Origin: Candidatus Daviesbacteria bacterium
GTDB taxonomy: Bacteria; Patescibacteriota; Microgenomatia; Daviesbacterales; UBA10151
Assembly (NCBI GenBank): GCA_028687915.1
Contig: JAQTZF010000001.1
Span: 930,634-994,633 of the forward strand
Reading direction: 5' to 3'
Length of the DNA stretch: 64,000 nucleotides
This document shows, in pieces, positions 1-9,205 of this stretch. The position numbers and the translations under genes were made by a program. Position 1 is the first letter of the stretch. Every line of letters starts with the position of its first letter. The notes under the pieces were generated by a model, which saw nothing but the letters and a program-made list of their open reading frames with translations, had not been told where the DNA came from and did no database searches.

Positions 1-87
1 ACCGGACAACTAATCTTTAATAATGATAATCCTTCGGGTTTACCTCAAAATAACCAACAATTCATCCTTCCAATCCGGTTTAGATAA
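1..87 (+). CDS. 3' end of a gene truncated by the window edge; resembles the C-terminus of a Gmad2-type Ig-like domain
   Basis: Frame 1 reads TGQLIFNNDNPSGLPQNNQQFILPIRFR* (TAA 85-87); the DNPSGLP..P(I/V)RF ending is typical of CPR Gmad2-like proteins. Not in the ORF track. Confidence 0.65.
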   Translation, partial: TGQLIFNNDNPSGLPQNNQQFILPIRFR

Positions 88-95
88 ATTACTTT

Positions 96-392
96 TTAGC
101 TCTTAGATTTAGAGGACATTTTCTCGTCCATCTTCTCCTGAGCATCCTCCTTTGCAGCTTCAGCTTTTTCTCCTACTTCTGAGGCTGTTTCTTTAACTTT
201 AGAGTAAACCTCTCTTCCTTTTTCTTTTAATTCTCCCATCTTTTCTTGTACCATTTCACGGTTTTTCTCATCAGTTAATTCTACAGCTGCAACCCCCACT
301 GCTGCACCAACAGCTGCTCCTACTAATCCAGCTGCTAAAGGACTCATTCCTTTTCTATTATCACTTACTTGTGAACCTCTTGTATTTGGCAT
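96..392 (-). CDS. YtxH-like general stress protein
   Basis: Gly/Ala-rich segment GLVGAAVGAAVGVAA followed by a charged helical tail; strong SD AAGGAGGTGA upstream. Confidence 0.7.
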   Translation of the reverse strand: MPNTRGSQVSDNRKGMSPLAAGLVGAAVGAAVGVAAVELTDEKNREMVQEKMGELKEKGREVYSKVKETASEVGEKAEAAKEDAQEKMDEKMSSKSKS

Positions 393-399
393 TATGTTA

Positions 400-621
400 T
401 CACCTCCTTCTTCTTGAAAATATTCGTAATAAATCTAAAAGTCCAAATTTAATAGTGTTTTTAAGTTTGTCTATATCTTCTGAAACATCTTCTGCATTCT
501 CAAGAATTAATTTTAGTGTCTTAAGAGACTGTGCTAAATGATATGCAGCATAAGATATGAACCCCGCCAATATCAAAAACCCTGTTCCAAGACTTAAAAA
601 CAAAAAATCTTGTGACGTCAT
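400..621 (-). CDS. Small single-TM protein, YtxG/DUF948-like
   Basis: N-terminal TM helix plus short coiled coil, directly upstream of the YtxH-like gene. Confidence 0.55.
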   Translation of the reverse strand: MTSQDFLFLSLGTGFLILAGFISYAAYHLAQSLKTLKLILENAEDVSEDIDKLKNTIKFGLLDLLRIFSRRRR

Positions 622-624
622 GCT

Positions 625-1227
625 TTATGCTCCCCCATGATACTCTGCATGATGTTCTGTTCGATGTTTTGCAACATATTCATCCTCTACTGGTAAATTT
701 AACATCTTTACTTCAGTAGCCCCATGCTTTGTAAGCAAATTTTGGACTTCTTCTGCCTTTTCATCTGGTGCGGAAACTGCAAGCAATATTCCACCACTCA
801 TAATCTCTTCTTCGTATTTTCGTGCCTCTTCTTCATGCATTCCCAACCCCATAAGCCCTCCGATAAGTCCACCCGCCACAATCCCTTCAGCCGCCCCTGT
901 AACAGTAGTCGCAACAGCTCCTGTGATACCTAAAGCCCCGGCAATTGGTCCACCTACAAGTAAGGGTCCTACACCAGGAATTGTAAACACACCAAGTCCA
1001 ACTAATAATCCAGCTAAACCACCTAATAACCCACCTGTTGTAGCCCCACTCACAGTTGATCCGGCAACATGGGATGACCTGGTGTCTCCATGTTCATGCC
1101 CCTCTTCCTGAACATGCTTCATTAAAATAGACATACTTTTTGGATCATATCCAAGTTCTTTTAACTCATCAATTATCATAGAAACGTGTTCTTGGGATTT
1201 AAAAATACCTATAACTGTTTCTGTCAT
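625..1227 (-). CDS. General stress protein (YflT/17M-like, glycine-zipper membrane protein)
   Basis: VIGIF..ELKELGY start, long glycine zipper with IPGVGPLLVGGP, GMHEEEARKYEEEI..GGILLAV; ATG at 1227 preceded by SD AAGGTGGTGA. Confidence 0.8.
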   Translation of the reverse strand: MTETVIGIFKSQEHVSMIIDELKELGYDPKSMSILMKHVQEEGHEHGDTRSSHVAGSTVSGATTGGLLGGLAGLLVGLGVFTIPGVGPLLVGGPIAGALGITGAVATTVTGAAEGIVAGGLIGGLMGLGMHEEEARKYEEEIMSGGILLAVSAPDEKAEEVQNLLTKHGATEVKMLNLPVEDEYVAKHRTEHHAEYHGGA

Positions 1228-1259
1228 TATTCTCACCACCTTCCCTTAATATCAGCCTC

Positions 1260-1302
1260 AGTTTAAGACAAATATTATATTTTGTCTGTAAGATTTAATA
1301 CT
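1260..1302 (-). promoter_or_regulatory. Class II-type promoter: GTA-N8-TAC site (1287-1302), 22 nt, -10 TAAACT (1260-1265)
   Basis: tgtaa-gattta-atact at 1287-1302; spacing counted from the sequence. Confidence 0.55.
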
Positions 1303-1480
1303 AATACCTTACCGGATTGCTTTGCTGCACACCTGGAGTCTGGGTATTATTTCCAGATCTTCCCATTCTTGCAAAAACAAAATAATAAATAATTCCATAA
1401 ACAATTGCTCCAATTATTAGATAAATAATAATCCATTGCCAAAGAGGTCTTTTTCCATAACCTGATTTATTTTCTTCCAT
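1301..1480 (-). CDS. 59-aa single-TM protein missed by the ORF track
   Basis: MEENKSGYGKRPLWQWIIIYLIIGAIVYGIIYYFVFARMGRSGNNTQTPGVQQSNPVRY*; SD AAAGGAGGTG 8 nt before the ATG; TAG at 1301-1303. Confidence 0.85.
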   Translation of the reverse strand: MEENKSGYGKRPLWQWIIIYLIIGAIVYGIIYYFVFARMGRSGNNTQTPGVQQSNPVRY

Positions 1481-1518
1481 ATTTTTTTCACCTCCTTTTA
1501 TTTTCTAAGTCTTATATC

Positions 1519-2580
1519 CTAATATTCTTTTCTAAGAATCTTATCGTAAACCCCTTCATATCCATCTACCATATTTTTTACACTAAATTTATTTAGAACA
1601 TATTCCCTGCAATAGCTCCTGTTTATACTTTGAATATTGGCAATTGCCTCTATCATTTCTGAAATATCATTAACTACAAACCCGGATTTTCCATCATCAA
1701 CTACTTCCAGCATTGAACCCAAATTAAATGCCACAACCGGCGTGCCGCATGCCATTGATTCAATAACAGTAAGTCCAAATGGTTCTGGCCAGGTTATGGG
1801 ATGCAAAGAACATAGCGCTTTACTCATTAGCTTGTTTCTTTCTGTTTCATCTACTTCACCAACTAATCTAATTTGATCAGATAATTTGGGTTCCACAAAT
1901 TGTCTAAAATATGAAATATCTTGTAAACTATCTGCTGCTAAATCTATTTTTGCAGCAATTATTAATGGCATGTTTAAATATTGTGCCACCTCAATTGCAA
2001 TATGAACACCTTTTTCCATGGAAATTCTACCTGTAAAAAGTAAATAATCACCTCGTTTTTTGGAAAACGGAAAGTGTGTCATATCTAAACCATGATAAAT
2101 ATTTCCTATAAACTTTAACTTTGGAGCAGAAGCAGCTTGTGCATGAGAAACAGAAACTACAAATGGGTTTTTTAGGTTTTCAAAGACTCTTTTTTCATTT
2201 ACCCCAAATGCCCCATGCATAGTCATCACCACCGGAACCCTGGATAGGTTGGCTGTAGGTAAACTCAGATAACCATTATGGTCATGAATAATATCAAACT
2301 GGTCCTGCAATTGATAAGCATTGCCAATATTTAACAAAGATAAAATATTAGCACCATATACATTATGTAAAACCTTTGACTGGCGAAGTGATTTTGGATA
2401 AATTGAAACAAGTTTAGCAGAAGTAATAGAATCACCACTGGCAAACAAGGTTACCTCATGACCTCGTTTAACAAGCTCTTCAGTCAAAGCATAAATGACT
2501 CTTTCTGTCCCTCCATACTTATTTGGCGGAACTCTTTCTGCAATGTTTGCTAGCTGTGCTATTTTCAATCTTTTTTCCAA
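1519..2580 (-). CDS. Glycosyltransferase family 4
   Basis: VPPNKYGGTERV, GHEVTLFASGDS, GRISMEKG, WPEPFGLTVIESMACGTPV. Confidence 0.92.
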   Translation of the reverse strand: MEKRLKIAQLANIAERVPPNKYGGTERVIYALTEELVKRGHEVTLFASGDSITSAKLVSIYPKSLRQSKVLHNVYGANILSLLNIGNAYQLQDQFDIIHDHNGYLSLPTANLSRVPVVMTMHGAFGVNEKRVFENLKNPFVVSVSHAQAASAPKLKFIGNIYHGLDMTHFPFSKKRGDYLLFTGRISMEKGVHIAIEVAQYLNMPLIIAAKIDLAADSLQDISYFRQFVEPKLSDQIRLVGEVDETERNKLMSKALCSLHPITWPEPFGLTVIESMACGTPVVAFNLGSMLEVVDDGKSGFVVNDISEMIEAIANIQSINRSYCREYVLNKFSVKNMVDGYEGVYDKILRKEY

Positions 2581-2585
2581 TTATT

Positions 2586-2655
2586 ATTATATAGCTTGGT
2601 TTATTGGCTGCCTGTAAGATACATTACTGCGAAAATTTTGATTGTATCTTATAGT
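2586..2655. promoter_or_regulatory. Divergent promoter pair sharing one GTA-N8-TAC site (2613-2628)
   Basis: -10 TATAAT (minus, 2586-2591) and -10 TATAGT (plus, 2650-2655) each lie exactly 22 nt from the GTA-N8-TAC core. Confidence 0.6.
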
Positions 2656-2699
2656 GAGGTTGAAAATAATAAATACTATCGGAAGGGGGTGAGTAATTA

Positions 2700-3035
2700 A
2701 TGTATTGGTTAATTGGTATATTAGGTTTGGCATCAATCGCTGCTCCATTTTTACTAAATTATAATGATAATGTTTTTGCTTTATGGACAAACTTAATCTT
2801 TGGAGCGGTATTATTGGTGGCGGCATTACTAGAAGCTTTTGCCGATGATAAGGATACCTGGGAATACTGGGTAGTAGGCATAGCAGGCATAGGAGCAATT
2901 CTTGCTCCGTTTATTTTAGGTTTTAATGCTTTGACTGCAGCATTATGGACAATTGTAGCTATTGGAATAATAACTATAGTTGCAGCAGGCACTAAAATTT
3001 TTCAAAGTGGTTCATCCACAAGGTTAGGTTATTAA
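2700..3035 (+). CDS. SPW-repeat membrane protein
   Basis: Two repeats of W..G..G...I.APF.L, four TM helices; SD AAGGGGGTGA. Confidence 0.8.
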   Translation: MYWLIGILGLASIAAPFLLNYNDNVFALWTNLIFGAVLLVAALLEAFADDKDTWEYWVVGIAGIGAILAPFILGFNALTAALWTIVAIGIITIVAAGTKIFQSGSSTRLGY

Positions 3036-3074
3036 GCAGGCCCTCAACCTGAGGAAGAAGGGAGGTGAAAAAGA

Positions 3075-3491
3075 ATGGCTAATCAATTAGCACGAAGAGA
3101 CGAGTGGGTTTTCCCCAGAGTAACGCTACCATCGATTTGGGAAGATTTCCTGGAAGGAACAAGATTAGATGCAATTCCAAGTGGTTTATCAGTTTCTGAA
3201 GATGAAAAGAATTTCTATGTAGATGCTTCTATGCCTGGACTAGATCCAAAAGATATAGAAGTAACTTTTGATCGGGGAATATTAATGATCAACGGAGAAA
3301 AAGAAGAGGAGGAAAGGGAAAAGAAATTCTATAGAAAAGCAACAAATCAATTTTCTTATTCAATTGTTGCTCCAGAAAATATAGACAGCAAAGCAGAACC
3401 AAAACTAGTCTATAAAAATGGTGTAATGCATGCAGTATTTGAAAAAACTGCTGCATCAAAACCAAAGAAAATAGCAGTTAAGGCGGAGTAA
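3075..3491 (+). CDS. Small heat-shock protein (Hsp20/alpha-crystallin)
   Basis: EDEKNFYVDASMPGLDPKDIEV, YKNGVM, C-terminal KKIAV motif; SD GGGAGGTGA. Confidence 0.92.
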   Translation: MANQLARRDEWVFPRVTLPSIWEDFLEGTRLDAIPSGLSVSEDEKNFYVDASMPGLDPKDIEVTFDRGILMINGEKEEEEREKKFYRKATNQFSYSIVAPENIDSKAEPKLVYKNGVMHAVFEKTAASKPKKIAVKAE

Positions 3492-3494
3492 GTA

Positions 3495-4163
3495 ATGGAA
3501 ACATACTTTAGAGATAGGTATGAGGCTGGAAAAAAATTAGCAGGAATACTTAAGCCTCTTAAAAATCAAAAAGTAGTTGTTTATGCATTGCCCCGGGGAG
3601 GAGTGATTATTGGAGCAGAGATTGCCAGAGAATTAGACGCACCTTTCGATCTAATCATAACTAGAAAAATTGGTCATCCTAATTCTTTGGAATATGCAAT
3701 TGGAGCAATTGCTGAAGATGGGCACTCTATATTTGAAAAAGAACAAATTTCAGAGATAGATCCTGATTATATAATTACTGCAGCAGAAAAAGAAAAAGAA
3801 GAAGCAAAAAGACGAAGACAAATTTATTTAGAAGGAAAAAAACCAATAAGCAGTAAAAATAAAATCGCTATTTTAGTTGATGATGGAGTGGCAACAGGAC
3901 TCACTATGAAGATTGCTATAAAAGAATTACAAATGCATTACAAACCAAAAAAAATTATAGTAGCAGTAGGAATTATTTCAGATAGTGTTGCAGATGAACT
4001 TGAAAGTGAAGGTGTAGAGATAATAACGTTAATTAGGGAAAATAACTTTTTGGGTGCTATTGGAGAATATTATCAGGATTTTTCTCCTGTTGAAGATACA
4101 GATGTTATAAAAATAATGAAAGGAGTAAAGATACATGCATCTTTTCCTGTTCAGGCAATTTAA
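3495..4163 (+). CDS. Phosphoribosyltransferase family protein
   Basis: FRDRYEAG, LPRGGV, RKIGHP, PRPP-binding ILVDDGVATG. Confidence 0.88.
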   Translation: METYFRDRYEAGKKLAGILKPLKNQKVVVYALPRGGVIIGAEIARELDAPFDLIITRKIGHPNSLEYAIGAIAEDGHSIFEKEQISEIDPDYIITAAEKEKEEAKRRRQIYLEGKKPISSKNKIAILVDDGVATGLTMKIAIKELQMHYKPKKIIVAVGIISDSVADELESEGVEIITLIRENNFLGAIGEYYQDFSPVEDTDVIKIMKGVKIHASFPVQAI

Positions 4164-5109
4164 GTATTTAATTAAAGACCTAAAAGAATTACCCAATTTA
4201 AATATTGGAAAGTTTGATATTAACCGTTTTCCCAATCAGGAATTATATATAAAACTTTATACAAATGTTGCAAATAAAGAATGTTTAATAATGAGCTCTA
4301 TTACTCCTCCTGAAGAAAATTTATTCTCAACTTTACTTTTATCACATACTTTAAAAAAAGATGGTGCAACTACAATTAGTGCTTTACTTCCTTACCTTGC
4401 TTACACAAGACAAGACAAAGAAAAAAGAGGTGAGAGTTTAGCTGCTGCAAGTGTTGGTGAATTACTACTAACCTCTCATATTAATGAAATTATAACCATA
4501 GATCTACACAGTCATAAGGCAGAAGATTTGTTTCCATTACTAATTCATAACTTATCTACTGCTAAACTTTTTGCTAAAGAAATAAATAAATTAAAACTTA
4601 AAAATCCTACATTTATTGCCCCTGATGAAGGTTCCATCGAAAGAGTTGAAAAAGTAATGGAAGAATTTGGGAAAAAAGCTGAATTAGCTTTTATGAAAAA
4701 GAAAAGGACTACAAGTGGAATTAACTCTATTTTATTTGGACATATAAATAAAGATGTAATTATTATAGATGATATGTTAGATACCGGAAAAACTCTTATA
4801 GCATGTTGTGAAAAACTAAAATTAAAAGGTGCTGAAAATATCTATATTTTTGTGACACATGGTTTGTTTACAGGTAAAGACTGGCAAGATTTATTTAATC
4901 TTAATGTTAAAAATATATATTGCACAAATTCTATTCCAGACGTACAAAATCTAAAATATAAAGGAATAAATATTATTTCAATTAAGCCACTACTGGAAGA
5001 ATACTTTTATCATATAAAAAAACTTAAACAAGAACTAAACCAATTTTATAAGGGGTTTAGAGAAGGCAGAGTTATTGAACCAGAGGAAACACCAATTTTT
5101 GAATTATAA
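4135..5109 (+). CDS. prs: Ribose-phosphate pyrophosphokinase
   Basis: FPNQE, PYLAYTRQDK, IDLHS, APDEG, IIIDDMLDTGKT, THGLF. Confidence 0.88.
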   Translation: MHLFLFRQFKYLIKDLKELPNLNIGKFDINRFPNQELYIKLYTNVANKECLIMSSITPPEENLFSTLLLSHTLKKDGATTISALLPYLAYTRQDKEKRGESLAAASVGELLLTSHINEIITIDLHSHKAEDLFPLLIHNLSTAKLFAKEINKLKLKNPTFIAPDEGSIERVEKVMEEFGKKAELAFMKKKRTTSGINSILFGHINKDVIIIDDMLDTGKTLIACCEKLKLKGAENIYIFVTHGLFTGKDWQDLFNLNVKNIYCTNSIPDVQNLKYKGINIISIKPLLEEYFYHIKKLKQELNQFYKGFREGRVIEPEETPIFEL

Positions 5110-5164
5110 TTTATTCTTATAAGCCATTGACATCATTCCCTATTACAATCTACAGTTATTATAG

Positions 5165-6349
5165 ATGTCAGCTTTTTTCTATAAATTTAAACAGGTATTT
5201 ACTAAAAAGTTATTGTTTGGCTTGTTAATTATAATGATAGTAATTACTACAACCATTGCTGGATTTTATTACAAAAATGGACAGGATTTAACAGCAGTAA
5301 ATTTAATTCTTCAAAAAAAGTTTTTAGATAGTGACCAACAATTATCAACACTAAAAAATACCGACCAGGTTAAAGTAAACAAAGACTTAACTGATGAAAT
5401 TAAAAGAATTAATACAAACTACAAAGAATCTATCTCTTCCTATGAAAAAATTACAGATTTAAAAGTACAAAAAGTAGATACCAGTAAATTAGACCCAGTT
5501 TATGCTAAAGTAGTAAAGTATTTAGCTGATAAAAATTACTCCTCTGCTTCTGCACTAATCACTGATTTAAATTCTCAGATTGAAAAAGCTACCCCCAAGG
5601 TAACTGTCAGTTCACAACCTTCTGCAGCTAATGCACCTCAAAGTAATACACCTCCTGGCTCTGGTTATTTAAGGCAGGTGGTAAACGTTGATGGACAAAA
5701 TTATACAGTTGATATAATTGCTGCAGATTTAAATTCTACAAAAGTTATTGTTGATACTGCATCAGATTCTGATTGCGGCAATAATTGTCCGGTATTACCC
5801 TTGGCAACATACGTTTCCCGTTCAGGGGCTTTTGCCGGAATCAACGGTTCTTATTTTTGCCCTGCTGATTACCCAAGCTGTTCCGGAAAAACTAATTCTT
5901 TTGATACTTTAGTAATGAATAAAAATAAATATTACTTTAACAGCAGCAATAATGTTTACAGCACCATTCCGGCAGCCATCTTTTCAGCTGGTTCAGCCAG
6001 GTTTGTTGGAAGAAGCATGGATTGGGGCAGAGATACAGGAGTAGATGGTGTAATTGCAAACTATCCCCTGCTTGTTTCCGGAGGTAATATTAATTTTACA
6101 GAAGCACCAAATGAACCTAAGTTTGGTGGTAAAGGAGCCAGAAGCTTTATTGGAAATAAAGGAAATATGGTTTATATTGGTTACGTTTACAGTGCTTCTA
6201 TGGGTGAATCAGCCAAAGTCCTTCACGCTCTTGGTTTAACAAATGCTTTAAATATGGACCAGGGCGGTTCAAGTGCTTTGTGGTATGGAGGTTATAAAAT
6301 AGGTCCGGGAAGAAGCGTTCCTAATGCTATTCTTTTTGTCAGGAGGTAA
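5165..6349 (+). CDS. Membrane-anchored phosphodiester glycosidase (NAGPA/DUF2233-like) with coiled-coil stalk
   Basis: N-terminal TM; AGINGSYF, ARSFIG, ALNMDQGGSSAL, RSVPNAI. Confidence 0.8.
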   Translation: MSAFFYKFKQVFTKKLLFGLLIIMIVITTTIAGFYYKNGQDLTAVNLILQKKFLDSDQQLSTLKNTDQVKVNKDLTDEIKRINTNYKESISSYEKITDLKVQKVDTSKLDPVYAKVVKYLADKNYSSASALITDLNSQIEKATPKVTVSSQPSAANAPQSNTPPGSGYLRQVVNVDGQNYTVDIIAADLNSTKVIVDTASDSDCGNNCPVLPLATYVSRSGAFAGINGSYFCPADYPSCSGKTNSFDTLVMNKNKYYFNSSNNVYSTIPAAIFSAGSARFVGRSMDWGRDTGVDGVIANYPLLVSGGNINFTEAPNEPKFGGKGARSFIGNKGNMVYIGYVYSASMGESAKVLHALGLTNALNMDQGGSSALWYGGYKIGPGRSVPNAILFVRR

Positions 6350-6354
6350 ATTAA

Positions 6355-6744
6355 ATGAAATTTAATGACCTAACATCAAAAGAAAAAGAGGTCATCGAAA
6401 ACAAAGGGACTGAACCACCCTTTTCTGGTGAATATAATGACTTTTATAAAAATGGCACTTTTATTTGTAGAAGATGTAATAATCCTCTTTTTTCATCTAA
6501 AGCAAAATTCGATGCAGGGTGTGGATGGCCTTCGTTTGATGAAAGCTTTCCCAATGCAATAAAGCACACATTAGATCCGGATGGTTTAAGAATAGAGGTA
6601 GAGTGTGCAAATTGTGGTGCTCATCTGGGACATGAATTTAAAGGTGAACATTTAACTAAAAAAAATCTTCGGGAATGTGTTAATTCTTTATCAATCCGTT
6701 TTATTCCCGAAAATGAAGAGGCGCCAAAGGTTATATATGAATAA
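6355..6744 (+). CDS. msrB: Methionine-R-sulfoxide reductase
   Basis: GTEPPFSG, CRRC, KFDAGCGWPSF, CANCGAHLGH, RECVNS. Confidence 0.95.
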   Translation: MKFNDLTSKEKEVIENKGTEPPFSGEYNDFYKNGTFICRRCNNPLFSSKAKFDAGCGWPSFDESFPNAIKHTLDPDGLRIEVECANCGAHLGHEFKGEHLTKKNLRECVNSLSIRFIPENEEAPKVIYE

Positions 6745-6780
6745 GTTAAAAACAACAACCCTTGCAGCATAATTTCAGAA

Positions 6781-6999
6781 ATGAAAATTACAGTGATAGT
6801 TCATCCAAATAGTAAAAAAGAAAGAATAGAAAAAGACCTGCTGGATACTTTGCATGTTTATGTTAATCAACCACCGTTAGAAGGAAAAGCCAACCAAGCC
6901 ACTATTGAAGCTTTGGCATTCTATTTTAAAACTAGTAAATCTAAAGTTACTTTAATTAAAGGATTAAAATCTAAACACAAAATATTTGAAATAGATTAA
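6781..6999 (+). CDS. DUF167 (YggU-like) protein
   Basis: V.VHPNS, PPLEGKAN, G.KSKHK. Confidence 0.9.
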   Translation: MKITVIVHPNSKKERIEKDLLDTLHVYVNQPPLEGKANQATIEALAFYFKTSKSKVTLIKGLKSKHKIFEID

Positions 7000-7107
7000 T
7001 ACTTAAAGATATTTATTTCTTCATCTCTACTCTTACCTTCTGATAAATTAATTACATCAAATTATATTGCCTTTTCCTTTATCCAGCCTCATCTGTTAGA
7101 ATACACT

Positions 7108-8268
7108 ATGGTAAAAACAGTGATGATTATCGCCAAACATTTAATATATGGTGGCACAGAAAAATATACATTAAATTTAGTTAACTCTTTAGTAGATAAA
7201 GGAATCTCTGTAGTCCTTGTAACTAGCGGTGGTCCACTAACCTCACACATCTCATCAAATGCTAAAGTTTTTATTACCCCCATAAGTAGAAAATATAGAA
7301 TAAAAGAAATTACTGAAAAAAGAATATTGGAAATAGCCAGAATCTATAAACCACAAGTCATCCACACACAATGCCGAACATCTTTAGTATGCAGTCAACT
7401 TGCGAGAACAACTTTAAGTATTCCTCTTGTTACACATGAACATCATATGTACAACAAAGAAGACTACCCTTTTATAGTAAACGAATTAAATGATGGTGCA
7501 GATAAAATTATAACAATTGGTCCTTACACTGCTAAAGAATTAATAAAAAACGGATTGAAAAAAAATAAAATAATATCAATATTAAATGGTGTAGATGTCC
7601 AAAAAGTACTTCCTGTTACTGAGCAGGAACGTAAATTAGCAAGAAAGTATTTTAATTTTAACGAGAAAGATAAAGTTATTGTTTGTTTATCCAGGGTAGA
7701 ACCAGGAAAAGGAATAGACAAGTTGATTAGAGGTTTTGTCAAAGTTTCAAAACAAATCCCAGAAGCAAAACTGGTAATTGCTGGTGATGATTATTGGGAT
7801 CCTTTAAAAACCGACTTAAATGACATGCGAATTGCTTATAACTTACAAAAAAAGTTATTTCTATTTCCAGGGGAATATAATGTAAGAAAATACCATGCTG
7901 TTGCAGACGTCTTTTGTTATCCAGCAATTGCAAAAGGAATGGCAGTAATGGAAGCAATGGCAGCTGGACTTCCAGTTGTTGGGAGAAAAACTATTAGAAA
8001 GCCACTAGTTGTAGAAAATAATATAAGTGGACTTATGACTAACCCCACATCTTCTTATGTTATAGATCCTGATCAAATTGCAGAAAAATTGATTTATCTT
8101 TTAGAAAGAATTTCTTTAGCAAGAACAATGGGAAAAGCTGCTAGAGAAAGAATTGAAACAAAATTTAATCTGGAGAATGTGGTTAAAAAAATTATGCATA
8201 CTTATGAGGAAACAATATCAATAAGACATCTATCTCCTTCAAGGTTATACAGATATCTAAACCAATAA
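7108..8268 (+). CDS. Glycosyltransferase family 4
   Basis: GGTE, NGVD, SRVEPGKG, EAMAAGLPVV. Confidence 0.85.
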   Translation: MVKTVMIIAKHLIYGGTEKYTLNLVNSLVDKGISVVLVTSGGPLTSHISSNAKVFITPISRKYRIKEITEKRILEIARIYKPQVIHTQCRTSLVCSQLARTTLSIPLVTHEHHMYNKEDYPFIVNELNDGADKIITIGPYTAKELIKNGLKKNKIISILNGVDVQKVLPVTEQERKLARKYFNFNEKDKVIVCLSRVEPGKGIDKLIRGFVKVSKQIPEAKLVIAGDDYWDPLKTDLNDMRIAYNLQKKLFLFPGEYNVRKYHAVADVFCYPAIAKGMAVMEAMAAGLPVVGRKTIRKPLVVENNISGLMTNPTSSYVIDPDQIAEKLIYLLERISLARTMGKAARERIETKFNLENVVKKIMHTYEETISIRHLSPSRLYRYLNQ

Positions 8269-8282
8269 CACGGTTATATTTT

Positions 8283-9137
8283 TTATATTGTTAAAAGTAC
8301 AAGTCCGGCGAAGCTTAAAGTTGCCCCAAGAATTTTTTTTACCAATGAATCTCTTTCTTTAAGAAAAATAGCTGAAAGGATTACTGTTAAAATTACACTT
8401 GATAAATTTACTGTGGTAATCTGGGAAGAATTAGATCCTGATTGTAATGCTGCAAAAAAAGTTAATGCTGAAACTGAATAAATCACACAAAGAATAATCA
8501 TCTTGATTAAAATATTTTTTTGTAAAAAAACTTTCATCTGCCCAATAGATTTTGGATAAACAATTGCAATTAATATTGGAGGAATAATAAAAGACAAAGA
8601 TACATAAGGGTATAGGTTAAAAGATTGCAAAAGAAGGCGGTCATTTGTAGTAGCAAAACCAAATAATATTGCAGCAATAAAAGCAAAAAGTTCTCCTTTG
8701 TTAAATTGAATTTTAAAATCTTTTAGTGTAACTATTAAAATACCACCTAGTAAAAGCGCAGCTCCAAAAAATTGTCCCAAACTTAAACTTTCTTTTAATA
8801 ATAAAGATGAGGCAAAAACTGTAAAAAGAGCCCTGCTTGTAAATATTACAGAATATTTTGAAGCTTCTATTCTCTTTAATGAATTAAAAATAAATACATT
8901 TGCTAAAGCATAAAAGATTATACCAATAGTTAAATTAAAGATAAGAGGCTTTAGGTCTGGAAGGGACATGTCTGTAATGAAAAAACCAAAAATACCAATT
9001 AGTATTCCAATCAACAGCTGAAAAAATATTGAATAAGCAACAGGGTCACTATCATGATCCTTTAATAAAACTCTTTGTAATAATGTAGAAACAGCAAAGA
9101 AAGTAACACTAATTCCAATTAATATTTGCCAAGGCAT
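8283..9137 (-). CDS. DMT/EamA family transporter
   Basis: About 10 TM helices in two repeats, each ending LLKE/FLKE. Confidence 0.85.
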   Translation of the reverse strand: MPWQILIGISVTFFAVSTLLQRVLLKDHDSDPVAYSIFFQLLIGILIGIFGFFITDMSLPDLKPLIFNLTIGIIFYALANVFIFNSLKRIEASKYSVIFTSRALFTVFASSLLLKESLSLGQFFGAALLLGGILIVTLKDFKIQFNKGELFAFIAAILFGFATTNDRLLLQSFNLYPYVSLSFIIPPILIAIVYPKSIGQMKVFLQKNILIKMIILCVIYSVSALTFFAALQSGSNSSQITTVNLSSVILTVILSAIFLKERDSLVKKILGATLSFAGLVLLTI

Positions 9138-9205
9138 ACATTAATTTATAACATTTTAAATATTTAAATACTACGTCACAAATATACTAAAATAAATAAA
9201 CCAAA

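Noticed and set aside
28-41. aatcc-ttcg-ggttt UUCG-like hairpin, possible ncRNA
   Set aside because: Lies within the coding DNPSGL motif of the partial gene at 1-87.
2587-2992. Minus-strand ORFs 2587-2898 and 2759-2992
   Set aside because: Shadows of the SPW gene and the divergent promoter region; no supporting start signals.
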